From: Octopus bimaculoides
Lineage: Eukaryota
DNA length: 64,000 nt
Direction: 5' to 3'
NCBI RefSeq assembly: GCF_001194135.2
Contig: NC_068988.1
Location: 72,823,104 to 72,887,103, forward strand
A program made the translations under genes and the position numbers. The notes under the pieces are model-generated. The model did not search any database and had not been told where the DNA came from. It was given only the letters and a program-made list of their open reading frames with translations. Positions 14,901 to 26,189 of the stretch are shown one piece after another (position 1 is the first letter of the stretch; the number at the start of each line of letters is the position of its first letter).

Positions 14901-17900
14901 AAAATATAAATTACTTATCATTCATCATTGACACTCTGTCAGCTACAATGACAAGGGTTCCAGTTGGTCAAATCAACAGAACAGCCTGCTCATGAAATAA
15001 ACATGCAAGTCACTGAGCATTCCACAGACATGTATCGTTAACAAGTTACTACGAAGATTCAACATGATACAGAATGTGACAAGGCTGATCCTTTGAAATA
15101 CAGGTACTACTCATTTTTGCAAACTGATTGGACTGGAGCAACGTGAAATAAAGTGTCTTACTCAAGGACACAATATGCCATCAGGAATTGAATTCCTGAC
15201 CTTATGATCATGAGCTGAATACCCTAACCACTAAGCCATGAGCCTTCACTATGAGTGACTATACCCAAGTTGAGACAAACTACCACCTGAGTAAATTAGG
15301 AAAGTAACAGTAACAATACTACCCTTAAAGCAAATAGATCCCTCTCCTTGGAATGAAAAAGGTTCTAGGTCTGTTAGAACAAGTAACCACAATGATAAAA
15401 AAACAGTATACATACACATGCACACATACATATACGTTAATAAACATACATTTATATATATTCATATAATGATGGCTGTCAATTCATAGATGAGTATAAG
15501 CATCACTGACATATCCTAGATGCGAAAGACAATGACTGTCAGCAATGTCCGAGGTGAAATTTAAATTCAATAACAGCTTGCACAACACCAATACAACTCT
15601 CACCTACAAAGCCAAATAGTCCAGAAACAAGCAAGAGCAAAATCTCCGGCTTCACAATGAGGTGGATGTTATTTCAGAATTTCCTTCTCCTAGAGTGATC
15701 TCTAAACAAAGACTAGGGATCTCCTACTCCCAGCTATTGGGTGGGCATTGATTCTACTGACTTCATTTGTCCTTTAATAGATTTTGTTTTTCACCCTGCA
15801 GGGTGTCTATCAAAAGTCACCTCCTGTACCAAGCAAGCTTCTTAAGTGACACAAAGTTCAACCCACTCACACACATACATAAACAGCCATAACCTCACAT
15901 GCACACACACATACGTACATACATGTGTTATCATTACACACACACACACACACACAGACCTGTGCGCATGCACATACCCACACATGCCTCCTTTACTTGC
16001 ACTCTCCTGTCTTAGAAAGAACTTTTTCTTCACCCATTCCCTTCCAGTCATTTCAATATGTGACCGGGTGTGTATCGTTGGCGATTTTCTTTCTCCGTCT
16101 TCCCTTGTTTAAACTTTTTCTATATATCTGATGAAGAGATCCACTCAGAACATGAAATCCTCTTTCTTTTCTTTCCTTTCCTGAGCGTCCAATANNNNNN
16201 NNNNNNNNNNNNNNNNNNNNNNNNNNNNNNNNNNNNNNNNNNNNNNNNNNNNNNNNNNNNNNNNNNNNNNNNNNTTTTTATATTATTAATAAATTCATAA
16301 ACTCATCAATAATATACTCAGGAAATCAATATTTAATATTTTGAAAGACATACATCCAACATGACACGGCAACATAATAAATTTAAAATTTAAAATTTAA
16401 AATATAAATATCAATACATATAAAAATCTGAATATAGATAAATATATGTGTGAATATATATGCGTATAAAAATTTATGCGTAATTAAGCATGAATATTGT
16501 AAAGTCTAAAATATAAAATATAAAGGAACCTAAAATTTAAAGAGTTAAATATCTTACGATCGTTTCGCGGATATTACTATAATCACAAAGTGATCTAAAG
16601 ATCATCTTATTATCAGTAATTCCGCTCTTCAGAGATGCATTAAGAACCAATAGTATATATATATAATATTAAAACATTAGAAATACCTCTGTAGTAAGAA
16701 GTTTGCTTCCCAACCACATGGTTTCGAGTTCAGTCCCACTGCATGGCCTCATCAGGTCGACCAAAGTCTTGTGAGAGGATTTGATAAAAAAATGAAAGAA
16801 GCCCATCATATATGTGTGTCTTTGTGTCTATGTGTCATTGTGTCTATGTGTCTTTGTGTCTATGTCCCCACCACCACTTGACAACCAGTGTTGGTGTGCT
16901 TACATCCCTGTAACCTAGCGTTTTGGCAAAAGAGAATGATAGAATAAGTACTAGGCTTTAAAAAATAAGTCTTGATTTGTTTGACCAAAACCTTTCAAGG
17001 GGGTGCTCCACCATGACAGCAACCAAATGACTGCAACAAGTAAAAGATAAAAAAATAAATTCTGTAATTGAAAAGCATAGGAAACTAAAGAAATTTTTGA
17101 TAAAACAAAGGTAGGGTAACTGTCAACACATCTGCTTCTAACCCATTTACCATCAAGCAACCAGTAATCATCATAACACATAAGCCATCAAAATTCACAT
17201 TGATTTTTTTGTTTTTGTTTTTTTGAGTTTCATTTTTTTTTTTTGTAAAATAAGAAATATAGACATACGTTTTAGCAAGAACCAATAAAAATGGAACAAC
17301 TAATTGGATACCAAGCTGATTCTTAGTTTTTCCAACCAAATTCAGACCAAGGTAGAAGAGGGCAGATGCAGCAAATGCATTACCTGGAAAAGAAAAATCA
17401 CATTAAAATACAACAATAAAAAAAAAAGTTAAATAAAGTTTATAATGTTCAGTGATTAAAAATAATTTTGATTTTTGAAATTGTTTAAACATGTATTTCA
17501 TAAGCAAGATAATTATCCTCACAGTATATTTTTATCATAACAATTTATCATAAACAAACAGAAACTATGAGACACACATCTTGTAGAATGACACCAATAC
17601 AGATTCTTGATGATCTACTTGCAGTATTTTGAATAAGTTGCACATTCACATCAAAGAGACACATAACAAGTTACTGCAAAAATAAGGTAAAATTAAAACT
17701 GCTGCTTATAAAATATGGGATTGGTCTTATTTACAAATTATATTTTTTGATTTCAAAGTCTGTGTTTTAGTGACCAAGATTATTCACATCAACCAATACA
17801 AAATGAATGAATTGACTTGGACATTGACTTGGACATTATACTGAATTTTTTCATAAGTTTCAAGATCTCCTTTTAAAGGTGAAGGAAATCAGATAAACAA

Positions 17901-18003
17901 GACTATACATGAATCAAATTTTTCAGCGATGATCATTCGATAGTAGTAGTTGTCAACTGGCTGTCAGCTGGTCAACATGTCTTTGTTTACATCAATTCTC
18001 TCT

Positions 18004-18040
<37 letters not shown>

Positions 18041-18219
18041 AAGTGAGTGATAAGTGACATGTGTTCTTAACCTTCCCCCTCCCTTCCCCCTCTCTTAAGA
18101 ACACATGTCACTTATCTCTCGCTTTCTCTCTCTCTCTCTCTCTCTCTNNNNNNNNNNNNNNNNNNNNNNNNNNNNNNNNNNNNNNNNNNNNNNNNNNNNN
18201 NNNNNNNNNNNNNNNNNNN

Positions 18220-18266
<47 letters not shown>

Positions 18267-21200
18267 GTGATAAGTGACATGTGGTTTTAAGAGAGGGGGA
18301 AGGGAGGGGGAAGGTTAGGGTTAGGAGTCCCTGCAGTCTGCTACCTGCTGGCACGCCCTTTCCATCTTTCTTTATGGAAATTGCCAAATTGATGTAAACA
18401 AAGACATGTTGACCAGCTGACAGCCAGTTGACAATCAGCGAATGATCGCCAATTTTTCTTAACCATCTCTGTTTTTCAGTTTATTTTTTAAATAATTAAG
18501 ATTTTTAAGAGGTTTAGTAAAATATCAGTAACTATATATCTTGGTATATAGTACATTGGTACTATATGACACAATATATAGATTTTGATGGGAAATCAAT
18601 ATGGATAGTCTTAAGTAGCTTAATATTAAAAGTGTTAAGAATATTAGAAGCATAAATGAAGTGTTCAAATGGAGAATGAATGATGGACTCAAAATAAAAT
18701 CATATAAACAGACTACCAAAAATGTTTTTGCACTCATATGCTAATTTGGAAATTGTAGAAACACAATGCAGCACATGAATTAAGATTAAATATAATAAAG
18801 TATTAAAAACATTGTTACTTACCTAACACTGTCAGAATATTTTTTATAATGATGGGAATTGTTTGTTGAAAGATAAAATTGAACATAATTCCCAATATTG
18901 TCATAAATACTATGGGATTTTTGATTACATCCACAAGAATTTTTAAATTTACATAAGGTCGTTTTCTGTTTTCTTGAAAATTATTAGGATTTCGATTTTT
19001 ATGTATTTCCATCATAATGAAACAAATAGGGTTAATCAAAGCTAACGAGATAGGAGCAAACAGGTAGATATATTTAAGATATATTGAATTGTCACCATAT
19101 AAGGCTTTCACTGCAATAAAAAGAAGTAGAAATACAGGTAATAAAATAATTTGATAAAATTAACTGATTAATATATACTTAATAAAAGCTTATATTGTTT
19201 AAAAAAATAAACTCTTCCAATAGGACATGGCATTTTTCTGAAAAGTGAATAATTCAATATGTTAACATTGACCTCTATTTGTAATGGAATACGTTGCATA
19301 ACCACAGACAGATTTTATTTCAGTGTAATTTTAATGTGTTTTCCCATGCTGGCCTACAATGTATCACCACTTTCAATCTTTCATTAATTCATGTGTGATT
19401 CATTATCCCAAGAACTTACTACACAATTTCTCATGTCTTCCTCATCTCAGGCACCTTCAATCATCGGCCTATATCCAATAATCATTATTTTTTTATTCAT
19501 ACTACATTCCTGTACCAGTGCAGTTGTTGTCTCTCTTGTATACATTGGTTTACTTCTGTTCAATTAGGATCTGCTTTTCATCCATATTAATATTATTCAT
19601 CTAACCATTATGCTCCTTGCATTTCTCTCTAGCCTCTACAGATCTTCCACAACCAATACCCAAGCCTCACTACTATGTTGCATCAGGCATCTTAAACATG
19701 CTTCACACTGACTGCCTTTTGCAGAGATAAATTGCCATTTTTTTGCAAATAGAAGTGACAGTTCCCTGAACATCTACAGTTCCTTTCTTATGAGAATTTC
19801 AGACATTGCTATATTAATATTTTAAAAATTAAAAAGTTATTGCTTTGAACTCTGGACTATTCTTCCTGATTTAGGACTTTACTTCCAACTCTGCAACAGA
19901 TTTTGCTATAAGAACCAAGTCATCAGCACATTAAAGTACCCAATGTTGATTAGTCTGGAACTCTTCTGTTAAAGTCTCAAAAACTATAACAAATAGAAAG
20001 GGACCAATGTGAAAGCCTACCAATACACTGTATCTCTTTCTGAACTTGCTGCCAACTTTAATCTTATACATGGCTTGATTGACACTCACAAGCCAATCAT
20101 CTACATCTAGTTCTTTACTGTCCACCAGACTAGTTTTAATAGTCTGGTGGACAGTAATAACCTTTTTTCTATGTATAACTTTAAATGCAGAGTAGCTTCG
20201 TTTTAAATGAAAACTACTCCTGCAATTGCCATCATCAGAAATATGCCATCTATGGCTCTGAATTTTAGTACAAGCACAAATTGCATCATATACAAGTTAA
20301 CCATATTCTGTAATAACTTTGTTATAACTCTCAACTAGTTTAACAATTTGTGTAAAATCTCTGAAAAAATAACCCCAAATATATGAGATCTGAAGGTCAA
20401 AGGCTAATGATAGCTTGGTTAATTGGGATGTAGTTAATAGAATCAACCACAATACATATCGAGTACATATATTTTATCAATTCTTGACAACTAGAAGATA
20501 AAGTTAACTCTTGTAGTAACTGAATAATTCAGCAGCATTTGATAAGGATGCTGAACCTTTCATACAAGATGACAAAGGACCAAGATACTTGATGCCTTGC
20601 TGTACTCAAGAAGACCTGTACTCTACAGCAGAAGTGTTAAGGTCACTCCTCCTGATGAATAGGATTGGCCTGCAAGAATTTTGTGTTGGTGTCATGTAAA
20701 AAGCACTCAGCACACTCTGTGAAGTGGTTGGCATTAGGAAGGGCATCCAGCCATAGAAACCATGCCAAATCAGACTGGAGCCTGGTACAGCTCTTCAGCT
20801 TGCCAACTCTGGTCAAACCATCCAACCCATACCAGCATGGACAATGGACATTAAATGATGATGATGATGATGATATGCTAACAACAATCTCATATAAAAA
20901 TGATTATGACAACAATATATAGTCTCAAACATTTTCTGCTGCTGGAGCTGTTAGTTTTCTATCCATTGTTTTTCATGCACCAAAGTTAGGCCTAGAGCTA
21001 TCTCGCTGTTTTTTTTCCAGTTACTATTCCTTCATCGTCATCATCATCATCATCATCATCATTGTTGTTTAATATCTGCTTTCCATGCTGGCATGGGTTT
21101 GATGGTTTGACTGAGGGCTGGTGAAACCTGATGGCTACACCAGGCTCCAATCTGATCTGGCAAAGTTTCTACAGCTGGATGCCCTTCCTAATACCAACCA

Positions 21201-22685
21201 CTCCGAGAGTGTAGTGGGTACTTTTTACATGCCACCAGCATGATGATGACACCTTCTCAAAGTCATATATATATGTACCATGCTTAAAGTACATATTATA
21301 GGAATTCAGTCTTCTTGGAGAATATAGAGAAAAGAATCAAATATATTAATAAAAATAAAATAGAAATATTGCCCAATTAACACAGCTCCTTGGATCCTGA
21401 GTGCCTTTATCAGAGACCACTGTTTTGCAAATATTTGATCAGATAACACATCTGAGGATAACTCAATATTTTGATGTATTGCTTTCTAATGTAGTGACCC
21501 TTGAGTCAGTGTTTCTTCCTCCCCTCTCTAATTCTAGTAGAGATTTAGCTATAAGAACAAGGTCATCAACGTAGAGGAGCTCCTAAAGGTTACCAGTCTT
21601 AAATTTGTCTACTACGGCCTGGAGGACTGATAAACATGAGGAGACTGAGGAGTGATCATTGGTGAACACTAAATTCATTGCTATACTCATTGCCAATTTT
21701 CACCTTATTGACAGCATCCCTGTACATGACTTGTACAGCTGTCACCAGCTTCTTCTCAATCCCTAGCTTCTGCACTGACCACCAGATAAGGGAGTAGACC
21801 CTGTCAAAGGCTTTCTCCATGTCAACGAAATCCAAGTAGGGGGGTTTATTTTTAGCTACATGCTTCTCCTGCAGTTGCCTTACTAGGAAGATAGCATCAA
21901 TAGTACTTCTCCCTGGCATAAAACCAAACTACATTTCGTCTAGGCTCTCTTTCAAATTAGTTAAGCTACGACCCTCTCTGTAACTTTCATGACCCAGTCC
22001 AGCAGTTTGATACCTCTGTAGTTATTTCTGTCTAAGGTGTCACCTTTGTAGCACTTGACTAAAATGCTGCTACACCAGTAGTTGGATGTAACTCCATTGT
22101 GGACAACTTGATTAACTATACGAGTAACTTGGTCACAAAATATATGGTAGCGTTTCAAATTAAAATAAAAAATAAGTCAAATAAAAACCTTCGAATTTTA
22201 TTTGTCATATGAGTGAGGCAATTATGCTTAAAATACTCACTTTATTACTAAGCTAGAAATAGCTGATGCAAATAATTATTAAAATATACTGTATACTTAC
22301 ATATTGGATAGCCAAGGGCAAAATCATTGCTACATGTAGTAAAAATACCAAAAATACCAGCATAACCAAAGTTGATTGGACGGTAGGTAATAAAAGTAAC
22401 TAATATGACCAAAGTGAAGATGATGAGTTTAGAGACTAAGACACACAAAATGAATTTGTAGTTAACTTCTTCCCAGTGGAGTTCCCACATTCCTTGCATG
22501 ACCATCGCTGGTAAGCAGAAATTCCATACAAAAATTCCAATGCTTTTTCCAGTTTTGAAAGTAATTATTTTTGTCCATCCAGCCCAATAACCAGCAAAGA
22601 TAACAGCAAAACATTGTACAATAGCAGGATATAAATTGTTTATGGAACAGTCTCCTGGGTTGGGTACAATTGTAGAGTTGTTCAT
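2693..22685 (-). CDS. GPR155: GPR155/LYCHOS orthologue (PIN-like transporter domain + GPCR-like domain), 10 coding exons in window, 3' part outside window
   Basis: Spliced translation MNNSTIVPNPGDCSINNLYPAIVQCFAVIFAGY...NDFALGYPI|LKALYG...YGTFPTAPSAFIYASQY...SAPLMFISARM...KKVPHLFT...QISKHIILLLCLLFSMCI follows the human GPR155 motif order (recalled: NDFALGYPI, TFPTAP, SAPIMYVSA, QLTRHVLL). All 10 exons have AG/GT ends and consistent phases; total 1995 nt. Confidence 0.93.
3122..4338 (-). mobile_element. 5'-truncated RTE-clade LINE with 15-bp target-site duplication
   Basis: RT peptides SYGIKQGCIFTPVLFNLFF, FRYLGITIS...IYKAVVVSTLFYGCQTW, LKAQLCWIGHVIRM; AGATCCCTAATTACT at 3107-3121 and 4339-4353. 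Confidence 0.85.
5690..6050 (+). repeat. Solo RTE 3' tail
   Basis: Same tail motif plus short repeated gtgtcatgtaaaa units. Confidence 0.75.
6595..6850 (-). CDS. GPR155: GPR155 coding exon 9
   Basis: tttttatag|ATT GTG ... ACA A|gtaagt; TM segment IVIKFVILLISITITSAALII then a polar loop; 256 nt. Confidence 0.88.
7127..7220 (-). CDS. GPR155: GPR155 coding exon 8
   Basis: gtgttag|G CTT CCA ... ATT CAG|gtatgc; GLPVFLTGILFLISWKYYSVSIDPTLQYGLIQ; 94 nt. Confidence 0.9.
7480..8750 (-). mobile_element. Degenerate Penelope-like element (RT thumb/linker region)
   Basis: Minus-strand peptide VFDIILKSFEIRTTYIKTDITNIYHYQPCPPFH (~8590-8700) resembles the PLE FLD...YRKPT...YLHxxSxHP motif; decayed hammerhead-like core at ~7494-7545. 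Confidence 0.5.
9112..9320 (-). CDS. GPR155: GPR155 coding exon 7
   Basis: ttattacag|ATA TTT ... TTT GG|gtaagt; IFRAIGLICC...SSNSWTCLLSI...FSLIGFG; 209 nt. Confidence 0.9.
9716..9799 (-). CDS. GPR155: GPR155 coding exon 6 (different frame from ORF-track 9699..9890)
   Basis: ttcgttaaag|GTT TGG ... TCA CAG|gtaatg; VWICVIFVITRRWKKVPHLFTLCLAISQ; 84 nt. Confidence 0.9.
10230..11130 (+). mobile_element. Mariner transposase relic
   Basis: Frameshifted peptides CLNCTQCHKWHQCFK, LLTDEQQENCV, GEKTWVY, WMLHNN, PKLKS in mariner order. Confidence 0.75.
11230..11385 (-). CDS. GPR155: GPR155 coding exon 5 (absent from ORF track)
   Basis: cctttacag|ACT GCA AGT ... TTT TGT|gtaagt; TASGLVLCTIFSAPLMFISARMMTF...TTFDISTLSLVFC; 156 nt. 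Confidence 0.92.
12650..13260 (-). mobile_element. CR1/L2-type LINE RT C-terminal fragment
   Basis: LFVNSNLHWTNHISKIIKKAEGVIASLNKTF. Confidence 0.55.
13625..13745 (-). mobile_element. SINE family B, 3' fragment
   Basis: taggcacaaggcc...caaccccaaaaagatgaaaggcaa. Confidence 0.6.
13863..14028 (-). CDS. GPR155: GPR155 coding exon 4
   Basis: ttttttcag|A CTA TTG ... ACT ATT|gtaagt; LLLPLVTW...FLYGTFPTAPSAFIYASQYSIATTI; 166 nt. Confidence 0.92.
14230..14690 (-). mobile_element. Degenerate LINE 3' fragment
   Basis: Weak similarity to the CR1/L2 C-terminal SFxPRTxxLWNSLP region. Confidence 0.35.
14930..15250 (-). mobile_element. tRNA-derived SINE family C
   Basis: Minus head GTGAAGGCTCATGGCTTAGTGGTTAGG...GGAATTCAATTCC; fragments also at ~12290-12570 and ~29900-30200. 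Confidence 0.7.
16275..16680 (-). mobile_element. Hammerhead-bearing AT-rich insertion (pLTR/retrozyme-like), truncated by an N-gap
   Basis: Very AT-rich, keeps CpGs, contains the 16551-16636 hammerhead; no ORF. Confidence 0.45.
16551..16636 (-). ncRNA. Minimal type-I hammerhead ribozyme motif with long stem II
   Basis: Minus strand: ATCT-CTGAAGA-GCGGA...TCCGC-GAAAC-GATC-GTA-AGAT. Stem I ATCT/AGAT, stem II GCGGA/TCCGC extended, palindromic GATC loop, GUA cleavage triplet. Confidence 0.8.
16685..17050 (+). mobile_element. tRNA-derived SINE family A
   Basis: gcttcccaaccacatggtttcgagttcagtcccac (B-box) and the family 3' tail. Confidence 0.8.
17269..17383 (-). CDS. GPR155: GPR155 coding exon 3
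   Basis: ttttccag|GT AAT GCA ... AAA AC|gtatgt; GNAFAASALFYLGLNLVGK...LVLAKT; 115 nt. Confidence 0.92.
17925..18450. mobile_element. Foldback/MITE-like element with nested inverted repeats
   Basis: Perfect 48-bp inverted repeat 17950-17997 / 18387-18434, inner hairpin ~18040-18130, (GA)n/(TC)n tracts, N-gap in the middle. Confidence 0.65.
18823..19110 (-). CDS. GPR155: GPR155 coding exon 2
   Basis: ttattgcag|TG AAA GCC ... TTA G|gtaagt; KALYGDNSIYLKYIYLFAPISLALINPICF...KNPIVFMTILG; 288 nt. Confidence 0.92.
19620..20140 (-). mobile_element. Degenerate RTE LINE RT fragment
   Basis: DWLVSVNQAMYK...VLVGFHIGPFLFVIV, homologous to 43260-43440. Confidence 0.7.
20670..20875 (+). repeat. Solo RTE 3' tail
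   Basis: Same tail motif, (GAT)n end. Confidence 0.75.
21035..21245 (-). repeat. Solo RTE 3' tail
   Basis: (CAT)n then the reverse tail; tail-to-tail with 20670-20875. Confidence 0.75.
21560..22150 (-). mobile_element. RTE LINE RT fragment
   Basis: PGRSTIDAIFLVRQLQEKH...DMEKAFDRV; NYRGIKLLDWVMKVTERV. Confidence 0.88.
22301..22685 (-). CDS. GPR155: GPR155 coding exon 1 (ATG at 22685)
   Basis: Minus strand ttttccag|cataATG (acceptor AG 22691-22690, so an upstream UTR exon is implied); ends ATA T|GTAAGT; 128 codons + 1 nt. Confidence 0.9.
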
Positions 22686-23254
22686 TATGCTGGAAAACAA
22701 GATATTGCAGCAATAAAAACATATCCAGATGACAACAATAGTATTTAAAATAATGAGCAGAAATAACAGTTCAACAAACAACAATAACATATACAACAAT
22801 GACAACAACAACATAAATAATAAATAGCAGGGAAAAACATATTTGATGAGCTCTAATTATAACTACTATTTGCATTATATCTCATAAATATTTATCAATA
22901 ATAACTGTAAACCGTGGCTTATAGATTGATCCAGTATACAAGTCAATCTTAAAGATTCTTAGGTGTTAGGCCCATACCTACTGTATTGATCAACTCTCAA
23001 ACAGATAATATGCTTACTGATGCTGTCCCAGAGACGTTCTCAGAGCTTCTCAAACTTTTTTAATTATCACCTCTTTTATTTCACTAACTTTTCCAATGCA
23101 CTCTTGCTACAATTCAATGCTCCCTTTCTCATTCTTAAGGTAATATCAGGCCAGAATAACTTAATTCCAGGTACAAGTTTGATGTGGCTGACTACTTACC
23201 ACAACAGGGTCCTACAATAAGTGAATATCTGATACATCAATGCTTAATCATTCA

Positions 23255-23450
23255 TCACATCATCATCATTTAATTTCTATTTTCCATGCTGGTGTAGGTT
23301 GGACAGTTTCACAGGAACCAGCAAGATGGTAGGCCATGTTGAACTCCAGTGTCATCTTTGGCATGATTTCTACAACTGGATACCTTTCCTAATGCCAACC
23401 ACTTTATAGAGTGAATTTTACATGCCACCAGTACTAGTTAGGTTGTTATG
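23255..23450 (-). repeat. Solo RTE 3' tail, diverged
   Basis: Reverse tail motif. Confidence 0.65.
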
Positions 23451-24289
23451 TAATTTGCAAAACAGAAAAGAAAAGGGGGGGAAAAGGAAAGGAAAAGAGC
23501 TCTCACTACTAAAGAGAATATTTGAGAGGGAAAGGTGGAAGTGGGTGGTTGTATGCCAGGTATTGAAAGGTTAAAGTATGACAGAGAGACAAGCATGGGT
23601 GTCTTGCTATAGAGGAATTACATGACTGAAACAGATAAAAGAAAGGTAGTGATGAAGTGCTGGAGCAAACACTCAAGTTACAAGAAAGTGAGCTTAAGAG
23701 AGGATAGAGACAGTGAGTCATGGGAGGGGATAGGAGTGTCAGGGAAGAATAAACAGGTGGAGGTTAATGTAGTGAGTGATGAATAAGGATGAGGTTGTGG
23801 ATGATGGGAAATACCAGTATATAGAGGGGTAAGGTGGGAGATATTGAGTGGATCAGGAAGGAGAATCAAACAGAAAGTAGTAGGATGATGTGCAAGGCAT
23901 AGAAATAGTAGAGAGGGAGATATAAAGGGGCTACAGTAAGTGGGACATGATGGTAGATATGAGAGGGCATTGAGAATGATAGCAGATAAGAGAGGTGTTT
24001 GGTTATAATGGAGAGTAATACAGGGGAGAGAGAGCAGTGGCTGAAGGTACAGAAAAGGGGTGATTGATAGCAATAGTGTGGTCTGAGAGGATAAGAAATA
24101 GAAATGGTTCCAGGGAGAGGGGAGGGATGTAATATGTGCTAATTCTGCTCTCAGGTGAGTACAGCAGCCAAGTGGTATCATAGATGGAGGAAGGATGAAA
24201 ATGAGGAAAAAGCTTGATGTGTTAGAGAAAGGGGAGAGAGGGGAACAGGGTTTCTCATGTACAAGCATAACCTAATGATTTTAGGAAAT

Positions 24290-24745
24290 CCGTTTTGCTC
24301 TAATGGTCTTCTTAAGCACAGCAAAACACCAACCATCTCAGTCCCTTGTCATCTCCCCCATAAGGCTCAACGTCTTGAGATCAGCCTTCAATATGTTACT
24401 TCATCCTATGTCTTTCTGAGTCTCCTTCTTCCATGAGTTCCTTCCATTTTAAGCAATCAGCATTTCTTTATGCAAACTGTCCTCATCTGTATACTTCACA
24501 TGACCAAACCTAAACAGTCTTCTCTTTTGCACACATCTGATTTCTCATGTCTAACTTTTCTCTCAATACATTTACACTTTGTCATGCATACTAACATTGC
24601 ACATTCAGCAAAGCAAAGTAACTTCATACCTATCTAGTCTTCACATGTCCTCTACATTCAGGGCACATGTCTCACTACCATGTAGCATCATACAATCTGC
24701 CTATTGCTAACAGAAGTAACAGCTCTCAACTTTCACAATCCTATT
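24290..24745 (-). mobile_element. Degenerate RTE LINE 3' ORF fragment
   Basis: Reverse complement resembles 43930-44390. Confidence 0.6.
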
Positions 24746-24759
24746 CTTATTCTTTTCTT

Positions 24760-24965
24760 CTCTAGGCACAAAGCACAAAATTTTTGGAGAGGGAAGCCAG
24801 TTGATTAGATTGACCCCAATACGCAACTGGTACTTAATTTATCAACCCCCAAAAGGATGAAAGGCAAAGTCGACCTTGGCAGAATTTGAACTCAGAACGT
24901 AAAGACAGATGAAATACCGCAAAGCATTTCGCCTGGTGTGCTAACGTTTTTGCCAGCTCGCCGCC
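24760..24965 (-). mobile_element. tRNA-derived SINE family B
   Basis: Minus head GGCGGCGAGCTGGCAAAAACGTTAGCAC...GAGTTCAAATTC. Confidence 0.8.
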
Positions 24966-25459
24966 TTATCCTATTCTAGTGACTACACTTTCAGAACATC
25001 CTCCCCTACTGCTTATCAGGTCACCTTAGTTATCAACCTCAGTTATTGGTTTCAATCCAACATAGGTATGTATTCTTTGGGCTTCAAATATAACTCCATT
25101 ACTACCAGTTGAGATTTATTTATGCATTCTGATTTACAATTGCATTTTCTAGATGATCACACACAAACACATATATATTGTACAAGTTTATACAAGCTTT
25201 TTAAACATGTCAGTGTATTGTGATATTAAAAGATGACACACTCATAGCTGCAATCAACAATGTACAAGCAGGTATGTTTGCATATATATGCATGTGCAAG
25301 TCAGTAAGTATATCACATAATGCAACAGGTGCAATGACCACCTTTGTTACCTGTATGGAAATACCCACAGATTTTGACAATGTTTTTTAAAATATACTTT
25401 AATTTATTGTTCTTATTCATTTCAAATGAATATACAAATTTCGAAGTATATTATTGTTG

Positions 25460-25601
25460 TTAATGTTGGCATTAAGAAGGGCATCCAAACAGAGAAACCA
25501 TGCCAAATCTGACAATGGAACTCAGTGTAGTCCTACAGCACATCAGATCCTGTCAAACTATCCAATTCATGCCACTATGGAAAATGGACATTAAATGTTG
25601 T

Positions 25602-25632
<31 letters not shown>
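25460..25632 (+). repeat. Solo RTE 3' tail, diverged
   Basis: ggcattaagaagggcatcc...(GAT)n. Confidence 0.7.
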
Positions 25633-25633
<1 letters not shown>

Positions 25634-26189
25634 GTCATTGCTACTGTAATTGTTATAACTGCTTGGATCATAATTAACAAGCAGTTTATCATAACATCAC
25701 ATTTAAAACTTTTGTAAAATTTAATAGAAGACAAAAACTAAAAAATACTATACAGATGTATCTATCACCTCACCACCATCCCCTTTGTCCGCATTACTCA
25801 CAAAAATGTTCAACTACCTTCCCCAAGAAGCAGTACTACCCACTTGACAAACACTGTTCTAGCTGATTATTATAATACATATATACTATTAAAATTACTA
25901 CAAAATACTTAAGTAAGCAATACTTACAGATGACTGCCCTAGAGTAGACTTAACTGCCAATTATAATATACATACCATACATCATATAATAAATTGATAC
26001 CACTTCTGTGAAGTACTTAAACCATACTTACCACCACCTCCTGCTATTTGCATCAGAGATGTGTACAAATAGACAATGACATTACCAAGCCCACATGACC
26101 AACACTCAAAATGGTTAGTCCTTTGTTTTAACTGTTCAGATTTCATTGTGATCACTTTCAGATATTAAAGCTGAATATATTTTATTCCC

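Noticed and set aside
16275-16680. Possible mitochondrial insertion (NUMT) or contaminant
   Set aside because: No mitochondrial gene, rRNA or tRNA recognisable; the hammerhead explains it better.
18525-18737. Hydrophobic 70-aa minus-strand ORF as a possible GPR155 exon
   Set aside because: Exons 2 and 3 already join in phase (LG|NAF); no homology recognised; AT-rich intron.
22248-22814. Similarity to plant PIN/auxin-efflux carriers suggesting horizontal transfer
   Set aside because: This is the normal N-terminal domain of animal GPR155, here with spliceosomal introns.
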